DNA of 64,000 nucleotides, taken from Macrostomum lignano (lineage: Eukaryota). The stretch covers positions 186,001 to 250,000 of the forward strand of contig NIVC01001403.1 in NCBI GenBank assembly GCA_002269645.1, read 5' to 3'. The notes under the pieces are model-generated. The model ran no database searches. It saw only the letters and a program-made list of their open reading frames with translations, and was not told where the DNA came from. Below are positions 1 to 13,618 of this stretch, one piece after another; positions within the stretch are counted from its first letter, which is position 1, and each line of letters starts with the position of its first letter. The position numbers were made by a program, and so were the translations under genes.

Positions 1-70
1 TGAACTTTCTCTGATAATCCTCCTGAACTTTCTCTGGTAATCCCCCCTGAACTTCCTCTGGTAATCCCTC
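1..70. repeat. Intronic minisatellite, ~23-bp unit (tgaactttctctggtaatcccc)
   Basis: About 3 visible copies at the window start. Confidence 0.7.
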
Positions 71-101
71 AAACTAATTCAAACACCCCATATCCCCCCA
101 G

Positions 102-3100
102 AATCCGTTACCGTTGTTGCCGACGCTGCGGAAGATTCCATGGACATAGAGGCCAACCTGACGGACACCACCGACACCGGAGTGGCCGGGTCGCCAGCCG
201 ATCATCAGGCAGACGAAGACCAGTTCAGCGCCGACTCTCCAACAGTGCAGAGCGGGCAGCGAAATGGAGTTTCAACTCTAAGCGGCAATGTTATGCGCTC
301 CCTCACTTGCCTGCTCGGGTTGGATTTCAACAGCCAACTGGAGCAGCTCATCCATCGGAATAAAAAGCACCGATTGAACTCTGCCAGAGACTCAGCCAGG
401 CCAGCCATCGCCGCTCCGCCGCCGGTTCCGCCGGCGCGTAGGCACGCCGAAGACGCGGTGACCGTGTCGTCGTTAATCTCCGCTAAGCAGCCTGTCGTAT
501 GCGCCAGGTGCGACCTGCCGATATCGTCGGCGTCTTCGGCTGTGCGATGCCGTTCGAATCAGTTGGCTACCGACACTGCTGGAGCCTCTCTTGGCGACGA
601 TCTTTCCAATTCTACTACTGCTACTACTACTAACCAAGTAGTAGCTCAAGCGTCGCAGCAGCAGGATGAATTGCTGTTCTGCAGTTCGCATTGCATGTCG
701 CTGCATTCGAGGTCGCTCGCCGATGAGGCCCAGCTTCCTGGTAGCGGAACAAAGGTACGAATGTACTTTAGTGCTGCTACGTTTCTTTTCATTGGCAGTT
801 TTTTAAAGACTGAACTTTAATGGTATCTAGTTAAGTTCCATGGTTTGTTACATATGCTGTACGAGCTCGACAGATTTTAGTATATTATTGCTCGCTCTAG
901 AGCGTTATGGACAAGCAAGCATACAAACAAACCTTAGAGATTTAGTATATTTAGATTGGTCAAGAATTGCAATCTCTAGAGCGTACTTACAAACTTACAA
1001 GACAAACTTAGTATATTTAGAAGATGTCTACTCTCAGTGCCTTTAGATACTTCTCGAAGTCTGGAACTTCTCAAGGAAAGGTCCCGATGCCTCTAGATAG
1101 GTCCCAATGCCTCTAGATAGGTCCCAATGCCTCTAGATAGGTCCCAATGCCTCTAGATAGGTCCCAATGCCTCTTGATAGGTCCCAACGTCTCTAGGTAG
1201 ATCCCAATGCCTCTAGGTTAGTCCCAATGCCTCTTGATAGGTCCCAATGTCTCTAGGTTAGTCCCAATGCCTCTTGATAGGTCCCAATGTCTCTAGATAG
1301 GTCTCGATGCCTCTAGATAGGTCCAGAAATCTGACCCCCTTGATCCGCAATGTACTTCTCCACTACAGTATATACTTATATCAAATTTTCGAGTAAAATC
1401 CCAAATTTTCAATCTCGCCATCTCTGCAAATCTCCCCCCCACCGGCAGCGCTCGGACGATTGGCTTGGCATTGCGGGCGAGCTCCGGCCCCAGCTCTACG
1501 TTGGCGACGACGATCAGCCGACCTCCGTCCCGGTGCTGCTGCAGCCGTCAGCCCCTGGCAACCGGGCGCGGCAGCACCTGTTGGATCGGCCGCCCAGCCA
1601 GGCCCTGGGCGCCACCATCATCGGTATTCGGGCCGCCGCGGCCGCCGGCCTGGTGTCGCCCGCCTCTATCGCTCCGCCTTTGAGCTCCTTGGCTGCGACT
1701 GCGGCCTCCGCTCAATCGGCCGGCTTCTTTGGCGGCAATACCTCGTCGGCGTCCGCTGCCGCCGCCGCCGCCGCATCCGCCGCCGCGCTGTCCCGACGTC
1801 GGAGCTTGTCATCAGCCGCGTCGACCCTGGATGGCAGCGGCGGTATCGGCGGCGGCCTTTCTGAATCGTCCGGCGGTGGCGGTGTGCCAACTAAGAAATG
1901 GAAAGGGCTGCGCTGGCGAAAGTTCGGGCCGGATTTCCGGCCGGCTCAGGAGTACAGGCCGATGTCCGAGACCGAGATTGAAGAGGTGAGTCTTAATATC
2001 GGGATTTGCTATAGCTGAGATTTGGGTGGCGCACTTTAGTTCTAAATATTGATTTTCTTATTGTAAGTTTAGGATTTCCCTATTCTAAATATTGGGATTT
2101 CCCTATTCTAAATATTTGGATTTCCCTATTCTAAATATTGGTATTTCCCTATTCTAAATATTGGGATTTCCCTATTCTAAATATTGGGATTTCCCTATTC
2201 TAAATATTGGGATTTCCCTATTCTTAATATTGGGATTTCCCTATTCTTAATATTGGGATTTCCCTATTCTAAATATAGGGATTTCCCCATTCTGAATATA
2301 GGAATATCCCTATTGTAAGCTTGGGATTTCCCAGTCGTAATATTGGGATTAATTTCCCTATTCTAATTTTAGGATTTCTCTGTTGTAATGTGAGGATTCC
2401 CTATTCTAATATTGGTATTTCCCAAAAATGAATTTCCTAAGTCTCACCGTTGGATTATCTATTCCAAAATTTTGATTCTCCAATTTCAAAACTGAGATCA
2501 CCCTACACAAAATCAGGATTCCCGATTCTAAACTTTAAGTTAAAGAAAGTCGAGCTCCAGGCTTTCCCCTTTCTTCTGCCTTCTCCAGCTTCTCTACCGT
2601 CGCGGCCAGGCCATGAAGGCGCCAGCCGGCCTGGCCGACTACCGTCGCTGCGTGCTCTGCTCCGAGGCTGGCGACCTTCCGGCCGACGGCCCCGGCCGCC
2701 TGCTGAACCTGGACGCCGGGCGCTGGGTTCACCTCAACTGCGCCCTCTGGTGCTTCGACGTTTACGAAACCGTCTCTGGCGGCCTGGTGAATGTGGACAT
2801 CTGGGTGCAGCAGGCATTGGGCACCCTGTGCAGCCACTGCGGCAGGCTTGGGGCCGGCCTGGTCTGCTACCGGCCAAAGTGTCCGGCCGTGTACCACCTG
2901 GCCTGCGCTCTCAAAGCCAACTGCATGCTGTTCACCGACCGGGGCATGTACTGCGCCGCGCACCGGCCTAGGGAGCATCACATGCAGCTGCACTGCTTGG
3001 CCGCTATTCGGCGGGTCTACATCAGCAGGGACGAGGGCGCTCAGGTACGGCCCGGGTGACGGCTTCCGTTCCCCCTGATCCTTTGAGTACAGAGAGTCTT

Positions 3101-6100
3101 GAGTTGCTTAGCAATCCATTCTCTAATCTAAGTTAATCTCAAATGCTCTAATCGTCATGACCGTTGGTTACTTTGAATTACCTAGCTAATCCCTTAGTAG
3201 GTCACCTGACTCACCTAATCCCTTAGTAGGTCACCTAGCTCACCTAATCCCTGAGTAGGTCACCTGACTCACCTAATCCCTTACTAGGTCACCTGACTCA
3301 CCTAATCCCTTAGTAGGTCACCTAGCTCACCTAATCCCTGAGTAGGTCACCTGACTCACCTAATCCCTTACTAGGTCACCTGACTCACCTAATCGTTTAG
3401 TAGGTCAGCTGACTCGTCTAATCACTTAGTAGGTCACCTGACTCACCTAATAGTTTAGTAGGTCAGCTGACTCACCTAATAGTTTAGTAGGTCAGCTGAC
3501 TCACCTAATAGTTTAGTAGGTCACCTGACTCACCTAATAGTTTAGTAGATCAGCTGACTCACCTAGTCACTTAGTAGGTCACCTGATGACTCACCCAATC
3601 ACTTAGTAGGTCACCTGACTCATCTAATCATCACTTTGTAAATCACCTGACTCATCTAATCACTTTGTAGTTCACTTGACTCATTTCGATCTTCAAAATT
3701 CCTACAGTAGGTCGCATAACCTCAAGCTGGCAACTGATTTTCATCTCTCCCATCCAACATAGGTGGCCGCCGCGCTGCTCTCCGACCACCCGGAAGAAAC
3801 CAGCCTGCGGATTGGATCGCTTGAATTGCACCGTCTTGGCCAGCTGCTGCCGGCTCAGATTGCCAGCGGCCAGTTCCACTGCAGCCGGCACATCTACCCC
3901 GTCGGCTACTTGGCCACCAGGATCTACTGGTCCTGCCGTTACACCGCCGTTCGCTGCCGCTATCTTTGCCGAATCGACGAGCGCGAAGGCGCCCCCGAGT
4001 TCAGCGTCACCGTGTCCGAGACCGGCCATCCGGACGAATCGTTCACTTCGAACACCTGCGACGGTGTATGGCGTCCTCTGTTGACCCGGATTCACAAGCT
4101 CAGATCCTCGGCCGGCCTCATCAACATGTTCCCCGATCACATCACTGGCGAGGACCTGTACGGCTTGACCGAGCCAAACATTTTGCGCGCAGTCGAGTCT
4201 CTGCCGGGCCTGGACGTGTTGAAAGACTACGCCTTCAGGTTTGGCCGGATGCAGCTCATACCGGAGATGCCGCTGGCTATTAACCCCACCGGCTGCGCCC
4301 GCTCCGAGCCCAAGATGAGGACCTACTTTTGCAAGTGAGTCTGTCTAGCTGAAAAGGCGACCTAACTGCCGTTCCTGGGTGCTGGTAGGGGTTGCGGGTT
4401 TATGGTTGAGGTTTAGGATTTGTGGTTGAGGTCTAGGGTTTATGGTTGAGGTCTAGGGTTTATGGTTGAGGTGTAGGGTTTATGGTTGAGGTGTAGGGTT
4501 TATGGTTGAGATGTAGGGTTTATGGTTGAGATGTAGGGTTTATGGTTGAGGTGTAGGGTTTATGGTTGGGTGTAGGGTTTATGGTTGGGTGTAGGGTTTA
4601 TGGTCCAGGGCTAGGGTTTATGGCTCAGGGCTAGGGTTTATGGCTCAGGGCTAGGGTTTATGGTTCTGGGCTGGATTTATGGTTCAGAGTTAGGGTTTAA
4701 AGTTTAAAATTGAGGTCTCTTGCCCGTGTGGCCATGTGGTCGGGTTCTTCGTCTGGTTTTGGTCTGTTTAGGCAAGGTTTTTGTACATGTATAATGATAG
4801 TCGGTTTATGTATGTACAATAACATGATGACATTCAGTTGAATTTAGAAACGTTATCGCACCTAATCAGACGATCCATGCTAATGCATTATTAACGGCAT
4901 TTACCTGCAGGCCGCACGCTCTACAGACAGTGTCCTCAGCCCGGGGTCACCCGTCGCAGTCCGCCGCATCGCATCCGCATCACCATACTCATCTCGCGCA
5001 TCATCACCAGCCAGACTCCCTTGCGCAATCGGCCGCTCCCTACTCTAAGCAGTACAGCCACTCCAAGTCCTCTCAGTACAAGCGCCTGCGCACCGAGTGG
5101 CAGCAGAATGTCTACTTGGGCCGGTCCCGCATCCAGGGCCTCGGCTTGTTCGCCACTCGGGACCTGGAGAAGCACTCCATGGTTATCGAGTACATCGGCG
5201 AGGTTATTCGCAATGAGATTGCTAACAAGAGGGAGAAGCTGTACGAGTCGCAGGTGCGTTTTTACCGTTTGAGATCACTGTGTTGCGAGGGTTGGTTGAC
5301 GTGGTCACATCGATCCCCAGGTGTGTCTTATCGATTCCCTCAGATCCCCAGGTGTGTGTCTTATTGATTCCCTCAGATCCCAAGGTGTGTGCCTTATCGA
5401 TTCTCTCAGATCCCCAGGTGTGTGTCTATTGATTCCCTCGACCCTCAGGTCCTCAGGTGTGTGTTTCTTATCGATTCTCTCATATCTCCAGGTGTGTCTT
5501 ATCGATTCCCTCAGGTCCCCAGGTGTGTCTTATCGATTCCCTCAGGTCCCCAGGTGTGTGTCTTATCGATTCCCTCAGGTCCCCAGGTGTGTGTCTTATC
5601 GATTCCCTCAGGTCCTCAGGTGTGTGTTTCTTATCGATTCTCTCATATCCCCAGGTGTGTCTTATCGATTCTCTCAGGTCCCCAGGTGTGTGTCTTATCG
5701 ATTCCCTCAGGTCCCCAGGTGTGTGTCTTATCGATTCCCTCAGGTCCTCAGGTGTGTGTTTCTTATCGATTCTCTCATATCCCCAGGTGTGTCTTATCGA
5801 TTCTCTCAGGTCCCCAGGTGTGTGTCTTATCGATTCCCTCAGGTCCTCAGGTGTGTGTTTCTTATCGATTCTCTCAGGTCCTCAGGTGTGTGTTTCTTAT
5901 CGATTCCCTCAGGTCCTCAGGTGTGTGTTTCTTATCGATTCTCTCAGGTCCTCAGGTGTGTGTTTCTTATCGATTCCCTCAGGTCCTCAGGTGTGTGTTT
6001 CTTATCGATTCCCTCAGGTCCTCAGGTGTGTGTTTCTTATCGATTCTCTCAGGTCCTCAGGTGTGTGTTTCTTATCAATTCCCTCAGGTCCTCACTTGTG

Positions 6101-6891
6101 TGTTTCTTATCGATTCTCTCAGGTCCTCAGGTGTGTGTTTCTTATCGATTCCCTCAGGTCCTCAGGTGTGTGTTTCTTATCGATTCTCTCAGGTCCTCAG
6201 GTGTGTGTCTTATCGGTTCCCTCAGGTCCTCAGGTGTGTCTTATCGATTCTCTCAGATCCCCAGGTGTGTGTCTTATCGATTCTCCCAAGTCCTCAGGTG
6301 CTATCAGATACCATCCCACTCGATACCCAGGTGTCTGATTAATCCCATCCCACTGGTGTCTGATTGATCCCATCCCACTGGTGTCTGATTGATCCCAGCC
6401 CACTGGTGTCTGATTGATCCCATCCCACTGGTGTCTGATTGATCCCATCCCACTGGTGTCTGATTGACCCCATCCCACTGGTGTCTGATTGATCCCATCC
6501 CACTGGTGTCTGATTGATCCCATCCCACTCAGATCCCCAGGTGCCTGATTGATCCCATTCCACTCAGATCATCGGAAGCCCCAGACTCCCCAATGGCCGG
6601 TCTCCTCTCCTGCAGAACCGCGGCATCTACATGTTCCGCCTTGACGACGACTGGATTGTCGACGCAACAATCTGCGGCGGTCCGGCCCGCTACATCAACC
6701 ACAGCTGCCAGCCCAACTGCTCAGCTGAGGTTGTGGACGTTGATCGCGGCCGCAAGATCATCATCTTGGCCAACAGGCGAGTTGAGAAAGGCGAAGAGCT
6801 CACCTACGATTACAAGTTCGACTTTGAGGACTCCGGCAGTAAGATCCCCTGTCTGTGCGGCGCGCCACACTGCCGCAAATGGATGAATTGA
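102..6891 (+). CDS. KMT2C/D: KMT2C/D (MLL3/4, trithorax-related) H3K4 methyltransferase, 3' portion; exons 102-754, 1449-1985, 2589-3044, 3763-4334, 4911-5253, 6616-6891
   Basis: GT-AG exons with consistent phases (0,0,0,2,0). Encode the KKWKGLRW motif, extended PHD (CVLC..HLNCALW..CSHC..C..YHLAC..CAAH), FYRN/FYRC, WIN motif GCARSEP, SET (GLGLFA, RYINHSC, ELTYDYKF) and post-SET CLCGAPHCRKWMN*. The gene begins upstream of the window. Confidence 0.95.
1080..1325. repeat. Intronic minisatellite, 20-bp unit gtcccaatgcctctagatag
   Basis: About 12 tandem copies. Confidence 0.95.
2070..2420. repeat. Intronic minisatellite, 23-bp unit gggatttccctattctaaatatt
   Basis: Tandem copies, degenerate at the edges. 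Confidence 0.9.
3185..3680. repeat. Intronic minisatellite, 29-bp unit tagtaggtcacctgactcacctaatccct
   Basis: About 16 tandem copies. Confidence 0.9.
4400..4700. repeat. Intronic minisatellite, 20-bp unit tatggttgaggtgtagggtt
   Basis: About 14 tandem copies. Confidence 0.9.
5310..6300. repeat. Intronic minisatellite, 31-35-bp unit ctcaggtgtgtgtttcttatcgattccctcaggtc
   Basis: About 29 copies; produces the spurious repetitive ORFs 5321-6367 and similar. Confidence 0.95.
6330..6565. repeat. Intronic minisatellite, 25-bp unit gtgtctgattgatcccatcccactg
   Basis: About 9 tandem copies abutting the previous array. Confidence 0.95.
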
Positions 6892-9115
6892 TTGACCGCT
6901 AACTGCGATACATATCGGTAGGCACGAGACTGTCTAGTACACAGATAGCAACTTGGCAAGATAGCTAATAACAAACGATTCGTGCGCTACAATACATTTA
7001 AATGCTTATATTTTTAACTGCCTACTGAACTGACAGTAGCTTAACACGCAAAATAAGTAGGTCTGTCCCAGGCCTGAATTGCACGGAAATTACCCTAGAT
7101 ACCTTTTCAGGTTAATTAAACTGGTCTGTTGCTATGCAATTCAATGCATTCGCGCTGTGTCTAAGTTACTAAAGTATTGTCGTTAATCTTTTAGCGGGTT
7201 ATTTTATTCATATGTATAGATATGATGTACAGAATCCCGCTAAAACTGCGGTTATTATGAAATCATTTTTATCGTTTTGAACACGTCCTGTTTTGCTTTT
7301 GCCTGTCCTTTTTTGCTTTTTTTCGGCCGTCTCCCTTGAACTGTTATTGTTTGTTTTAGCTTGAATTTATTCTTATATTATATTATGGTTAACGCACTTT
7401 TATCATGTTGTGAATGCACTTTAGCTCTCGCCATATTGTCCTGCTTCATTACCTACTGTTGCTACAATGGCGGAAGTCTTGTGTTTTGCCTGTCTGTTTG
7501 CATTGGGAGGCAGCTTGCTTGCATTTTTGCCACGAAATTCTCTTCTCTCTCTGTTTTAATCTCTGGGATCAGATGATTATGTAATCGTTTTTTATCAGCT
7601 TAGTACTTATTAGCGTCTGTTAGAAGCTGCACTGATCCGTGATTGATCGATCGATCCATTGTTGATAGTTTGTTTTTTATGATTGTACATAATCGACTAT
7701 ATATTTACAAGCGGCATGCGGTTATATTATTATTATTACTATTATTGTTATTGTCATTGAACTGGTTTAAATCCACCCTATTTATCTATAAGCGGTCTGT
7801 CCGAATCTTATTCAGAAGCTGTGTTTTAATGCCTAGACTACACCTAGCACTAACTGTTGCGCGCTTACTACTTGCTATACTACTACTACTGCTCGCCTCA
7901 TCAGTAGTATGAGTGAATCGGAAATCAGCAAGCATATATTTTTCAGCTTTACATTATTGTTGCTCATCTGAATTGTGCACCGCAGCCCAGTCTGTATCGA
8001 TTAGTTATTGGAGCGATTGCTAATTCCTTGTAAATATCGACACAATCTCTTTAATGCTACATTTGTATGCGCATCGCCTACTACTGTTATTATCCAATTG
8101 CGACCCTGTTCACAGCATCGGTCATAAATTCTAATATTGCAACAAAATTTCGCTTATTGCATTGTTGTTTTTTTAAAGTAAATTCTATTTCTGATCAGTG
8201 CAGCTATTTGCATATAACTTGGCGTTCTCAGATACATAGTTACTACTTAGCTTCTTGTGTATACCTTTTCTCTGTGTTGCTTGGCTGCTATGTGAGCAAA
8301 TGTTCAAAGCGGGAGGCTAAACTGTGCTATATACACTGGCTCCATATTCCGACAGTACATGTATGTGCTTGTCAAACACTCATTAAACCACAATTCTTGA
8401 CTAGTTAACTAAAATCTATCAAAATGGTTGCCAATATGTTTTGACTATGCTTTTTTAATTTGATAATCAAGCTTTATAAAATCAATCAAATGGAAGAATC
8501 GTGAAATTACATATATTATAATAGGTACACCTGGTTTCCAAGCTGCAACACCCCCTGCTCAGGGCAATTTAAGGGAATACGAAGTGGAAAATGGAAAAAT
8601 GTTTGACAGAAAACCTTCAGTGGTCTTAAAGGATCCAAGCAGATTTGTCGAAAATGTGTTTCTTCAAAAATTAGTCACGTCAAAAAGTAGTTTCATCAAT
8701 GAGTAGGCCAAACGCTCAGTCTATGTTTTTAAAATGACATAAATTAGAGAAAACAACATTTTAAAATTATAATACTTTATCTTATCTTTTATGTATGCAT
8801 TTAAGGGAAATTTCAAGGAACATCTACGGTTATAAATTTTTAGTATATGGAAATTAATAGTGGTCCAATGGATATTTTTGTCGAAACTAATGGCAGCCCT
8901 CGGGAGCCCTTGCTGTCGTGAACAGTCAAAAACATTGTTAAAAGGAAGAATTACTATGCTCCGCAAAATTCATGGCCAAACGCCATCAAAGAAAACTATC
9001 TGTAATTTAATAAAGTTACATAAGTGTATTATTATTTTAGCGAAGGTTTTTGTTATTACTTTTCTAAAGTGCCACTCTCTTAAGAAACGTATGGTTTTAT
9101 TTTTGTTATTGCACA

Positions 9116-9550
9116 GGCCTAAAGCACCTGCACATGTATAGAGAAAGAGAACTAAGCCGAAAGCTAGACAACCAGCACCATATTAAATACTACAAAAATG
9201 CTTACCTATACAAAAAATCTGCAGACCTGTCCTCTCAAATTACTTTCCATGTCTATTTAAAAAACAAAAAATACCTAACGACCCTTCTAAAACTGAAATG
9301 TGAGCTCACACCCAAGGCATTCTCTCAGGAAGCTTGTGGACTCTGTGGAGCAAGAAATGGATCCGATATTCTTCGACATACTATACTAGTAGCTGAGTGC
9401 CCACAAACACTAGAGATTAGGAAAAAATTCTTTTCTCAATACGTCCTAGACGCCACCCAGACACATAAAATAGGGTATGCCACAAATGAAAAAAGAGTCA
9501 GAAAAGAGCTCTCCGGAGTAGCTAAAATCTACGATGTCATGTACAGTTAA
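9116..9550 (+). mobile_element. Possible C-terminal remnant of a non-LTR retrotransposon ORF2 (CxxC...H...C zinc motif)
   Basis: YL..K..L.KLK...ACGLCG....DILRHTILVAECPQTLEIRKKF resembles the C-terminal Cys/His region of LINE RT proteins. No RT core is seen nearby. Confidence 0.35.
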
Positions 9551-10951
9551 AATTATTTACTTGAAATATATAACATGTTCGTATGCATGTATAGCAGAAT
9601 ATAGTACTGAGTCCGCTTCTATTCCCACCATCGAGATTCACGTCCTTGGTACGGTCTCTTGGCGCATTTTTTGCAGAAAAGTATTACCAATACCGCTAGA
9701 TATGCCTTCAATAAATGACTCATTCCTTCCACTCATTCTTTTTGCAAGATCTTCTGTCCATTCATCACCTTTTGTTTTTTCTATTTTAATTGTCATTAAG
9801 TCGTTAGACGTTAAAAGTTGCTCGTCTTTTTTTCTTTTTTTCAGGCTTTCATATAAAATGTTTTTTTTACAATAATCGCTAGATTTACATAAATTTCACG
9901 CAATACTTGTCTTTTTTAATTCCTTACTTTTCTTACGTCGTTAGTCGTTAAAGCTCGTTCAAAGTTTCGTTAATAACATTTACGCGCTCTTTCAAATACT
10001 ATATTGCAAAACTCGTATTCGTACTTAAATAACCCATGCATAGCCATAAGTATTGCCTTCTATTCTTGCATTATTCTTAAATACACTAAAATATATTGGC
10101 CAAACAGTCTTCTTGCCTGAGCCAAACCTACAAACTTACAAACTTACTTATTCTTGCTTAAAAAACTTATGTTTAAACGTCTTAATTGTGTTTATGGAAA
10201 GTTTGATTAAATATTCAAATGAATGATTCATTTTTGATATAGGCCCCTACACTTTAGTGCACATTCCAGGGAAATACACAGCCCACAAGCTAACACAGAT
10301 TTTCTACTACCTACCGTTTTAGCCTGTCTGTAACTGCATCCAGCTGTGGATGTCTTTAGATAAACTGGATGAAATCTATCTATAATAGACAATAATTATT
10401 TGTATTTTTTTCAATTCAACTTCAGTTTTTTTCATATTGTATTGACATTTGAAAATCTCAATGAGCCCATGACCAGCAGAGCAGACCAGTGGCAGTGTAC
10501 ATTTATTTCGATTTTAAAATTTGCATTGATTTTTTGAATAAGCTTCCAGACAAAAAATATGTTTTGACTTTTGAACCCTTGATTTTTACTTTAAATTTAT
10601 TTTTTATTTATTTATTTATTATTTATTTATTTCATCTCATTACTTAACCCCTAACTTAGCCTCTAGATCTAGCCCCCTAGTCTAGGAACCAGGCCACTAG
10701 GTCTAATTTAAAGGATAGGCTATGCTAGATGCATTGTCATAGACATAGGGTCTATAACTATTATATAATTTATTCTTGATATAAATGACTAAGAATACTT
10801 TTGTTACCAACTAAATGTACCAACTTCTTACTAATGAACTTTAATTATGAATTAATTGTGAACTTTATTGCTAGCACCTGAGCATCATTGCTTTGATTCA
10901 TTTTTTTCTTTATCTTTTATAACTTTCTACTGTGCTTGCTAGGGCCTAATG

Positions 10952-11590
10952 TAGTTTTCCGCTATAAGGAGGGTCAATGTACCGTAGCCGTAGCCATAAG
11001 CAAAACTACGGCTCTCCAATTCTCCGTATTCCGTAGCTACATGGACCCCAAAATTACCATATTCCTGTAGTTCCCATAGCCGTAGCCATAGTTTTAACAA
11101 AAAGTCTAAAAAACAAAATATTTTGAATCAAGAAGATAACCTAGTGCTTAAACAACTGCAAATTAAATTAGAAAATAAAAGAAACACTTAATTGTCTTTG
11201 TAAGATTATATTTCATCTTTTTTCAAAGCAACTATACTTAGTCGTTATTGAAAGTACTAATGCTAAATTTTTTCACATTAATAAAAATTAGAGTTTGCTA
11301 GTGTTTTATTGTACTTTTTTAGGTTTATTTTATAAGCTTCTAGGTTTATAATACAGTTTACTAAAAGTATCTTTGTTTTACTCTACCTGTTTCTAATATT
11401 TTTCAATTTTTAACATTTATAACTATGGCTATGGGAATCTACGGAATGTGACAGCAACTACCATATTTCCGTAGTCGTAGCCGTAAGAGCAGCTAGCTAC
11501 CGTAGGCGTATCCGTAGCTGCCATAAGCACCTATTTACCGTATTTGCCGTAGGATCCCGTAGCCGTGGCTACGGCTACAGCGGAACACTA
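10952..11590. mobile_element. hAT-type MITE, 639 bp
   Basis: 13-bp TIR TAGTTTTCCGCTA versus TAGTGTTCCGCTG (reverse complement of the right end); perfect 8-bp TSD GCCTAATG at 10944-10951 and 11591-11598; clustered CCGTAG/CTACGG subterminal motifs; AT-rich non-coding core. Confidence 0.9.
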
Positions 11591-12592
11591 GCCTAATGCC
11601 AATGGCAATGCTATGGAAATAACCTTATTCATATTTTATTATTAACTAATTAGCTTTCAAGTTTCAAATATATAAAAAGGTTAGGGGGCCTACTTCTTTT
11701 ACTGTATACTTACTTTTAATAATATTAGCAGGTTTTTAAAATTATTATTTATTACTTTTTTAGCTTGTAAATGTCTTAGATGACCTCTATTTTTTGCTAA
11801 AAAGGTAGAAAGCAATTAATAAAAAGGCAGTATATTATGGAAGTCTTCTGTGTGTTACTTTGTGTTTATTGTGTGTTTTCTATATTACTTTAATAGATTA
11901 ATGCTTATTAACAATTATCAGTTGTTCAATTAAACAATTTTCAGTTAACTTTACAAATTTTAGAGTTAATAAGTTAAGATTATTTTGTTTTAATGCTAAC
12001 ACTTTTGCCATTAATGGAAGTTAAGATTTTTATTAACGGTGTCCAACACTGGATATAAGGCTAGTAGCCTTTAGGGTCCAAGCCCTAATGGTTAGTGGAA
12101 TTGGTAGCAATCAATGAGACAATCACCCTTTTCTATGATTGATATCTACTCTAGATTCACTAGATTCTGAGTATGTATATCCCTTGTAGCTAAAGCCTAA
12201 AGCCTAAAAGGAAAGTTAAAACATTAAGTATGCCTAAAAAGCTTAAGCCTAAAAACTTAAATTTGAGTGATAATTAAATCATAGGCCTATAATAATTACT
12301 TAAAGTGAAAACCTTGAGGACTAGGCCCATAGAAGTGGGTAGAAAAGGGTTCTATATAAACATAGGTCAACATAAATGATTGAGTCCAAGAATAACAGTA
12401 AAAACAGTAAATTAAAAAATAGCTTTTTAAAGTTTGCATTTCTTGACCCCCTATATCATATATAAGATATAGCAACCAGTGTGACCACTGCTGTGTTATT
12501 TGTGTTTTTTTAAGAAGTCATCCCTTTTCTGTGTTAAACTAAAATAAACAGCCCAATTTAGCTTTTTCTTGTCTTTTTATATTTAGTGCGAG

Positions 12593-13618
12593 TTGACCCA
12601 AATTCATATCCTGTCGTCATCTATCGATGACCTTTGTGGCGACATTCTAAGATCTTTTATGCGTCCTGATGTAATTGAGGAGGCCACAACATTGAAATAC
12701 CTGGCAGAGAAGGCCAGAGACTGCAGCTGTCAGGTCACTAACGGCGAGCTAGCAGTTGGCGGTTTGACAAGGGACACTATTAAGGAGCTCACAGGCGTTC
12801 AAAAGGTGGCATTCTATATGTCTGTTCGTCAGTTCTATGGAGAACTCATTGTTAGACTTTTCAAGCACCTGCCACTGGACAACAAAGTTCTGAGAAGAGC
12901 CAGCTTTCTGAAGCCTGAGTTCTTCCTTTCATCAGATTGCACGTTTGACGGCTACATTCTACCTGTTTCACAGGCCATGCCTTCTGTTGTGCCCAGGAGC
13001 AAACTCGACAACCTGCGAGTTGAAGTTGCTACTTTGCGTTCCGACTGCCCTGCATCATTGAAGGACGAAACGATGCCCGAGAAATTCTGGGCCAAAGTAT
13101 CAGCTGAAAGATTTCCCCTGCTGACACTGCTTGCTCGAACTACTTGCAGCCTTCCACATGGCAATGCCGATAGTGAGCGGGTACTAAAGTGGCTCGCAAA
13201 CAACTTAACAAAGCAGCGCAATCAGCTAAGTGATGCAACATTGGACTCGCTAATTGCTATCAAGACCTGAATGAAATTCCACGGTGCCTCGTGCATCACA
13301 GCCAATGTCGGAGTCGACCTCGTCAGAGTGGGTTTTGCAGCAAAAGCAAAAGCGGATGAAAGAGTGCGCTCGAAGAAGACTGAAGAAACAATGAACAGGC
13401 TCCAAGCTGCCTTTAGTTCACAGCAGCAAAAATTGCAGCAGGTGCAAAAGGATGCAACAACACAGCGAAATATTGATGCCATGCGTAGGAAGGCGCAGGA
13501 GCTGCTTACAGAGGCAGCTTCAGCTGAACAGGAATTGCGCCAGCGCCGAGGCCCAGCTCCAGCTGCAAAGAAGTCGAGGCTCTCTAGTGCGCCTTCTACT
13601 AGGGGCAGGGGACGTTGA
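12593..13618 (+). mobile_element. hAT transposase C-terminal remnant with an in-frame stop
   Basis: hAT dimerization domain FW....FPLLTLLAR....LPHGNADSERV....NNLTKQRNQL....LDSLIAIK. In-frame TGA at 13268-13270 is followed by same-frame continuation to 13618. The N-terminal part is absent. Confidence 0.85.

Noticed and set aside
4400-4700. TAGGGTTT-containing array resembling telomeric repeats
   Set aside because: The unit is 20 bp, with no contiguous TTAGGG run.
5321-6367. Long ORFs in three frames
   Set aside because: They are translations of an intronic minisatellite; the real SET exons splice across it.
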